From: Albugo candida
Taxonomy: Eukaryota
Reading direction: 5' to 3'
Assembly (NCBI GenBank): GCA_040437565.1
Contig: JBDOQK010000002.1
Location: forward strand, 496,001-560,000
Length of the DNA: 64,000 nt
The notes beneath the pieces were generated by a model, which worked only from the letters and a program-made list of their open reading frames with translations, was not told the origin of the DNA and ran no database searches. Shown piece after piece: positions 58,559 through 64,000 of the stretch (its first letter is position 1; each line of letters starts with the position of its first letter). The position numbers and the translations under genes were made by a program.

Positions 58559-58943
58559 GTAATCGATCTCGTCTCACTGGTCAGACTGTATGACAAAGTA
58601 AGCGACTCGATCATGCTATCTTTAATTGGAATTCATAGATGCGCCGCTTCTAAGTCCAATTTATATTGCAGCATATGCGAGATTGGGCTATGTTCGCATT
58701 NNNNNNNNNNNNNNNNNNNNNNNNNNNNNNNNNNNNNNNNNNNNNNNNNNNNNNNNNNNNNNNNNNNNNNNNNNNNNNNNNNNNNNNNNNNNNNNNNNNN
58801 TGTAATCGATCTCGTCTCACTGGTCAGACTGTATGACAAAGTAAGCGACTCGATCATGCTATCTTTGATTGGAATTTATAGATGCGCCGCTTCTAAGTCC
58901 AATTTATATTGCAGCATATGCGAGATTGGGCTATGTTCGCATT
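58558..58943. repeat. Gap-flanking duplication (58558-58700 = 58801-58943) with two SNPs
   Basis: Offset 243; tttaattggaattcatag vs tttgattggaatttatag. Confidence 0.85.
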
Positions 58944-59920
58944 TGGTGACAAGAACAAGGTCAGTTTGAAGTAAAGGTTCCATTAAAAGACCAAACCGGC
59001 AATTATCCTGTGCTTTACGCAATGCACACTCCGACTTGTAGTCATATTGTTTAGTGATTGAGTCAAGATATCAAAAGAGGTCTTGTTACCGAAAATTTAC
59101 GCTTTGTCATGCTGTACCGTTCCGTTTGATTTCGGAGCGGCTGGTATCTTTTTGATGAATGTATCTACTTCTCGCTGAAACCCCTCTCAATTCATCTGCT
59201 CATACTTGGCAGATCAACGTAGTATCTTGCCCCGCAGCATTCATATATCGAGCGGAGGGCTTGTCACGCTACTAGATGGCATGCCTTCCTCTCAAAACAG
59301 TGCAAGATAAGAAGTACTACCCGCTGAAGACATATAGCGAATCACATGACCCTGCTTGACAACCGAGATCTGGTATTTCCTCGATCGAAATGAGCTTTTC
59401 TTGGCCAAGATCTGGCTCCAGACACCGACGAAGCGCTGATATAGTAAATATAGTGAAGTACTTCGTGCTCCACTACTGATGGTAGCATAGACGCTTAAGG
59501 CCGAACGCAGGAATTTGATTGATAGACTTTTTTGGGAATATTGGTTTGTCAAATCCCACCAGATCTTGTATAGGGCGCAATCATTACGAAGAAATTTGCT
59601 TTCTTATGTAATAGCGTGCATTATAGAGAATATGGTGCAGTCGCGTCAATTATGGACATTTGCGTGTACAGGGCTTTTGGTTGACACCACCACCTTTTAT
59701 TTAAGTAATCGATGACGTACTACGATATAAAACTTGTATTTGTGTTTAAATACACATTTAGATTCAGACACGACGCCATTAAGGTGGTTTCTAGCTTCTA
59801 TGAGATCATGACCCACATTACTTAAACGCAATCAAGAGTGGTCAGAAGCCCACCGCTGACCTTGTATTGCTACCAATACGACGGCGACAGCGACCGGAAA
59901 TAAATACCAGTGTAACGAGT

Positions 59921-60238
59921 CTAGTCGAAATTCACTTGACCTGTGACGATGTCTCCTAACCAAAACACTAGATCATTCCATGGAATATCTTCGGTCATTG
60001 GTTCCCGGAGTGGTTCGGTCATACTGGGAGGAAAATCCACGGAGGGCATACTGTAGTGGTCACCATATTCTGCACAAGATGAGCTGTCTCGATGGCGTTG
60101 CGTTAGTCCAGGTGTGGGCTCATACATGCTGGTCGAGTCCACGTAATCTGAATTAGACGGTTCAGTAAGTCCATTTGCTGCTGCATCTATTCGATTAGTT
60201 TCCTTCTTCGTCACTGTTGCGCAATATGTACTACACAT
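59921..60238 (-). CDS. Hypothetical protein or terminal exon of a small gene
   Basis: S/P/D-rich frame ending IPWNDLVFWLGDIVTGQVNFD*, similar in character to the acidic-aromatic tail of the 32350 gene. 5' structure unresolved. Confidence 0.4.
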   Translation of the reverse strand: MCSTYCATVTKKETNRIDAAANGLTEPSNSDYVDSTSMYEPTPGLTQRHRDSSSCAEYGDHYSMPSVDFPPSMTEPLREPMTEDIPWNDLVFWLGDIVTGQVNFD

Positions 60239-61034
60239 TTTGATGTTTGCAGAGATGAGATGTCTTGTGTGAGAATAAAAAAATGAGCAGGTGCAGAAGA
60301 AAAGTTCTACTTTGATCTTGTGACTCTTACATCGTTGAATCACTGCGACTTTGTATCGGTACGACAAAATCAGCGAAAAAAAAGAGACCGTTTACGCTGA
60401 ACTGGCATTACAATCTTTTTTTACCGCAGCGACAGTACGGATCCAGCTGTGCGAGAGAAATGTAGCCCTCTTGCATGTATAATGCGGTGCGACTCGATCG
60501 ACTTTTGAGTGTAAGTGTCCCGGCCACTACCCTATATATACAACGTAGGTAAAATACCTTTCTCCTATGTGACCTGCCTGTGACAGCCAAAAAATCGTAT
60601 ACAGCCGTTGCTAGACGTTACTTACTTACACCGTCGAAAATTCAAATCCAAATATGGGAAGGGCCAGGTCTGCTGGTTTTATTATCACCAATCAAGCTTC
60701 GGCATATGAGGGTTTAAAGTTGTGTACAGGCTCAACCCTCCTATTCGTGATGAGATACACTAGGGGAGACAGGAGAGACGAAAGTCCCTGAGCCATTTTT
60801 CGTCGAGCCTTTTTATTATCGTGTAATTTAATTAAACAGAAAATTTGGATGGCAAAAACAAAACGCTAGCTNNNNNNNNNNNNNNNNNNNNNNNNNNNNN
60901 NNNNNNNNNNNNNNNNNNNNNNNNNNNNNNNNNNNNNNNNNNNNNNNNNNNNNNNNNNNNNNNNNNNNNNNGAAAATTTGGATGGCAAAAACAAAACGCT
61001 AGCTTGTAAAATTGCATCGCTTTTACGTCATATC

Positions 61035-62859
61035 TTATCCGTATAGAAATTGCGTTTCACCCCGAAGGAAGCGACTGACGACACCTCGCACTCCCCTCAT
61101 ACACTCCATTTGTGAGCAATCAGGATTTGACTCTGTTTTTTCCGTAAACGGCTGTTCCGTCGACAGCTGCTCTAGAAAAGGAAAGTAGTTGGTTGAAATT
61201 GGTACCTCTTCAGTCGATTCAGATAATGTTGGACATGTGGTGGAGCCGTCTATACTATCTCTTTTGAGTATCAAGTCTGATACAATCTGCTTGCTGTCCC
61301 GCCGCTTGATGGTAATTGAAACTCCGTGCTTCTCCTTCAATATTGGCACGAGCAGTTGAATAAATCCTGCTGCCACTTCGCTCGGTAATTTATTTAACCT
61401 GAGTGCATTTGTTTCTGCGCTCTTTTGTGTCGTTGCGTGCAGCCAGTCGGCTAGCCGGCTAATTTCCGCCTTGTCCGAAGTCCAATGTTGTATGAGACAC
61501 ATGATGAGAGGCGAATTTAAATCGCTTGGTGGAGCCGGATAGAATGTCTCCTCCACGAACCAGCCCTCGCTGAGCTCATCCGCTAAAGCAACAAGTCGTC
61601 ACAAATGGGTACCATACGTGTATAGAAGGGAGTCGTACAGTTATCATGATCGAATCGAGGGCAAACTAAAGCTTTCATTTGATGCTGTAGTTGCTCTGTC
61701 AACTTTGCAATCTCCTGCTGAGCCACTCGATTACAATCTTCAAGTGCCTTTTGAGACGATTTGGCAGCGTAGTATTGCTGATTTGCTCGTTCGAGAAAAA
61801 GGTCTTTCTTCCGAAATTCTGCAAGCAAATTCTGATACGCTGCCGTATTTAAACCTTCATCAAGATGGTTGTCGACGCCATCGGACCACTCGCTCAGTTG
61901 AGGATCATGCTTAATATACTCGTTGCCGATACCAGAAAATGCTGCGTGTTTTTGCATCTTCAAATCTCGAAGTTCTTTTTCTAAACGAGCATTCGACTCA
62001 AGAAGTTCTGTTCCAAGAGATGCTGGAATGTCATGTTCCTTGTTACACGTGCAATCCGATGAGAACGGTCTAGATTCCGCGATTTGCTATATGCATGAAA
62101 AAGTTATATAAAGTATGTGAGACTTGCATTTTCTTGAATTACCTTGTACATCTGAATCATTGATTGCTGGCTGTTAACTACCTTTTTTGCCTCTTTGAGT
62201 TCATAACGCAGGGACTGATTCAAATCTTGTAATTCTGCGTTTTGGATCTCCAAATTATTTTTCATGCAATTATGAGCGGACAAAGTAACCGAATTCCGTC
62301 GCAATGATTTAGCGTCTTCGAGTGCGTTTTTCAACTGCACCTGCAAAGCCTCAATCTCCTGCGCGCTTTTCTTCCATTTCTTGTTCAATTCAAGGTATTC
62401 CAGCGCTATCTGTTCCTCTGCATCGGATGTACTGAGGATCATAGCATTAATATCTGAGCGATTCGACCTGGGCTTGTCCACACAAGAATGGTTATCAGCA
62501 ACTGCCTCGTCGCAACGTTGCTCCAACTTGGCACATTTCTCTTGTACACTTGCCAAATCCTGTCGTAGCCGCTCTTCCTGCTCTACCAATTGCACCACAA
62601 GGGCCGATTTATCTCTAAACGCAAGCTCAAGAGAATTGAGCTCCGTATAACTATGCTTGCGTTCTTCTACAGAATTCTGGATCACTATTTTCTGCTCCTC
62701 CAACTTCTCACACAAAGACATTTTTTCACGTGTCAATACTTCAAGCTGGGCTTGCAACGCGCAATTTTCTGCTTGTAGCTCTTCATTCTTTTCCAAAAGC
62801 AATATGCCTGCTCGAGCAGCACGTTTGAGTTCATCTTCTTCATCAGGTTGTTGATACAT
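61035..62859 (-). CDS. Coiled-coil protein with N-terminal CC1-box-like motif and C-terminal globular domain
   Basis: MYQQPDEEDELKRAARAGILLLEKNEEL, then long heptads. Two short introns (~62088-62142, ~61582-61618) join to YPAPPSDLNSPLIMCLIQHWT...FLYG*. Confidence 0.75.
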
Positions 62860-63153
62860 TCGACAATCTACTGAATAGAATAAGTGCTTGTGTAGATATA
62901 TATAACCTGATTGAATTGAGTAATTGAGTGTACCTGCTTCAACGAAATTATCGCCAGGGTTACACATTGATACCATGTCTAGGTATCCCCAAGACAAAAT
63001 CTTAATGTTGTAGTAGTCGGAATGTCAAGTTCAATAAATCCCGGAGCTTTTCCGGTGTGCTTTTTCTACTTGCTTCCAATTCCAAAAAAACATCGAATAA
63101 GAACCGGTATTCCACCCGCATACCACCCTCATCTGAGAACTTATTCTATCATC

Positions 63154-63968
63154 ATGATGATGACAAAGCATTCTCTAAGGCGACAGATGGCATCAGCTTT
63201 ACGAGAAATCGGACCAGTTGAAATACAGAATCAGAGTCAATGCATTGCAAATAACATATGCAAAATGTCTATTTTCAGAAAAGCTACTGCAATCTGTGTC
63301 TACTTGAATATGCCGCAAAGCGAAGCTACCACCGATGCTATTTTGGAGTACGCGTTTGAAGCGAAAAAAACAGTTTACGTTCCCAAAATAATTGGAAAAA
63401 ATGCGAAAGATATGGTGATGGTGAAAGTAGTGTCGTTCCAGGATATTGCGACTTTCCCAAAGGTTGTTTGCGATAGTGGAATTACACTTCATCATACTCG
63501 ATACTGTCTGTCTATGATAATGATCGCGTGCATGCTATTGGACAGGACAAGTGGTCTATTCCAGATCCTCATCCATTACTATGTGGAAAAAGGCGCCTAG
63601 ACCCACTAGATTCGTTAGATTTGGACCTAATCATCGTACCAGGAGTAGCGTTTGATCGGACAGGAGCGCGACTCGGCCACGGCAAAGGATACTATGGTAT
63701 GAATTGAGACTTTTGGGTGACTAAAATCCAAATTTTATTTGTGTTATAGATTGCTACTTGCAGCGCTTGAAAGAAACGTATTGTTCAAGCGGTATTTCTG
63801 CACCAAAAACAATCGTACGTTTACGAATCAAGCAAAGATTGATATAATGCTCATACATATTCTCAGGGAATCGGATTTAGTTGTCAACTGCTATCTAATG
63901 TGCCAACAAGTTCACATGATCAACTGCTAGATTACATTGTGACACCCTCAGAAACCATAACTTTGTAG
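63154..63968 (+). CDS. MTHFS: 5-formyltetrahydrofolate cyclo-ligase
   Basis: KHSLRRQM, YLNMP, VYVPK, then spliced [34 protein letters not shown] and HDQLLDYIVTP. Three short introns. Confidence 0.93.
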
Positions 63969-64000
63969 TCTACTTGGATTAGACTCGCGATTTTCACGAT

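Noticed and set aside
1..64000. CRISPR arrays, rRNA/tRNA genes, prokaryote-type operons, RxLR/CRN/CCG effectors, and the many antisense ORFs in the track
   Set aside because: No spaced repeats, RNA-gene signatures or effector motifs seen by eye (tRNAscan-SE/Infernal not run). The antisense ORFs are shadows of real genes.

Overview
This is eukaryotic DNA from a compact, intron-containing genome. The gene content, ~50-65 nt introns and lineage-typical families point to an oomycete, plausibly Albugo-like (inference). About 24 protein-coding genes can be supported: MsrA, a SPRY protein, an LRR protein, LYRM7/Mzm1, a small secreted peptide, a TPS-TPP fusion, a FYVE-myotubularin, PEAMT, a CLASP_N/TOG-TM protein, a CaMK-like kinase, a SWF1-like DHHC palmitoyltransferase, an IQ-like protein, two zinc-finger putative transcription factors, a CHD remodeller, an MLO-like EF-hand protein, a TPR-TMEM33 fusion, an OSCA/TMEM63 channel, an atypical kinase, two coiled-coil proteins with CC1-box-like motifs, a UbiA-like protein, an APC permease and MTHFS. 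Decayed MULE and chromoviral Gypsy fragments are also present. All 13 100-N gaps are flanked by direct duplications, which are assembly artefacts and inflate several ORFs in the supplied track. No rRNA, tRNA or CRISPR array was seen. The most notable observations are a 5-nt micro-exon carrying the DHHC catalytic Cys, two dynein-adaptor-like CC1-box proteins, an MLO-like EF-hand protein, a TPR-TMEM33-CaaX fusion, a membrane-anchored TOG protein, two probable pseudo-enzyme domains and a GC-AG intron. No multi-gene novel system can be firmly demonstrated from the sequence alone. Splice models were assembled by eye and family calls rest on recalled motifs, not database searches.
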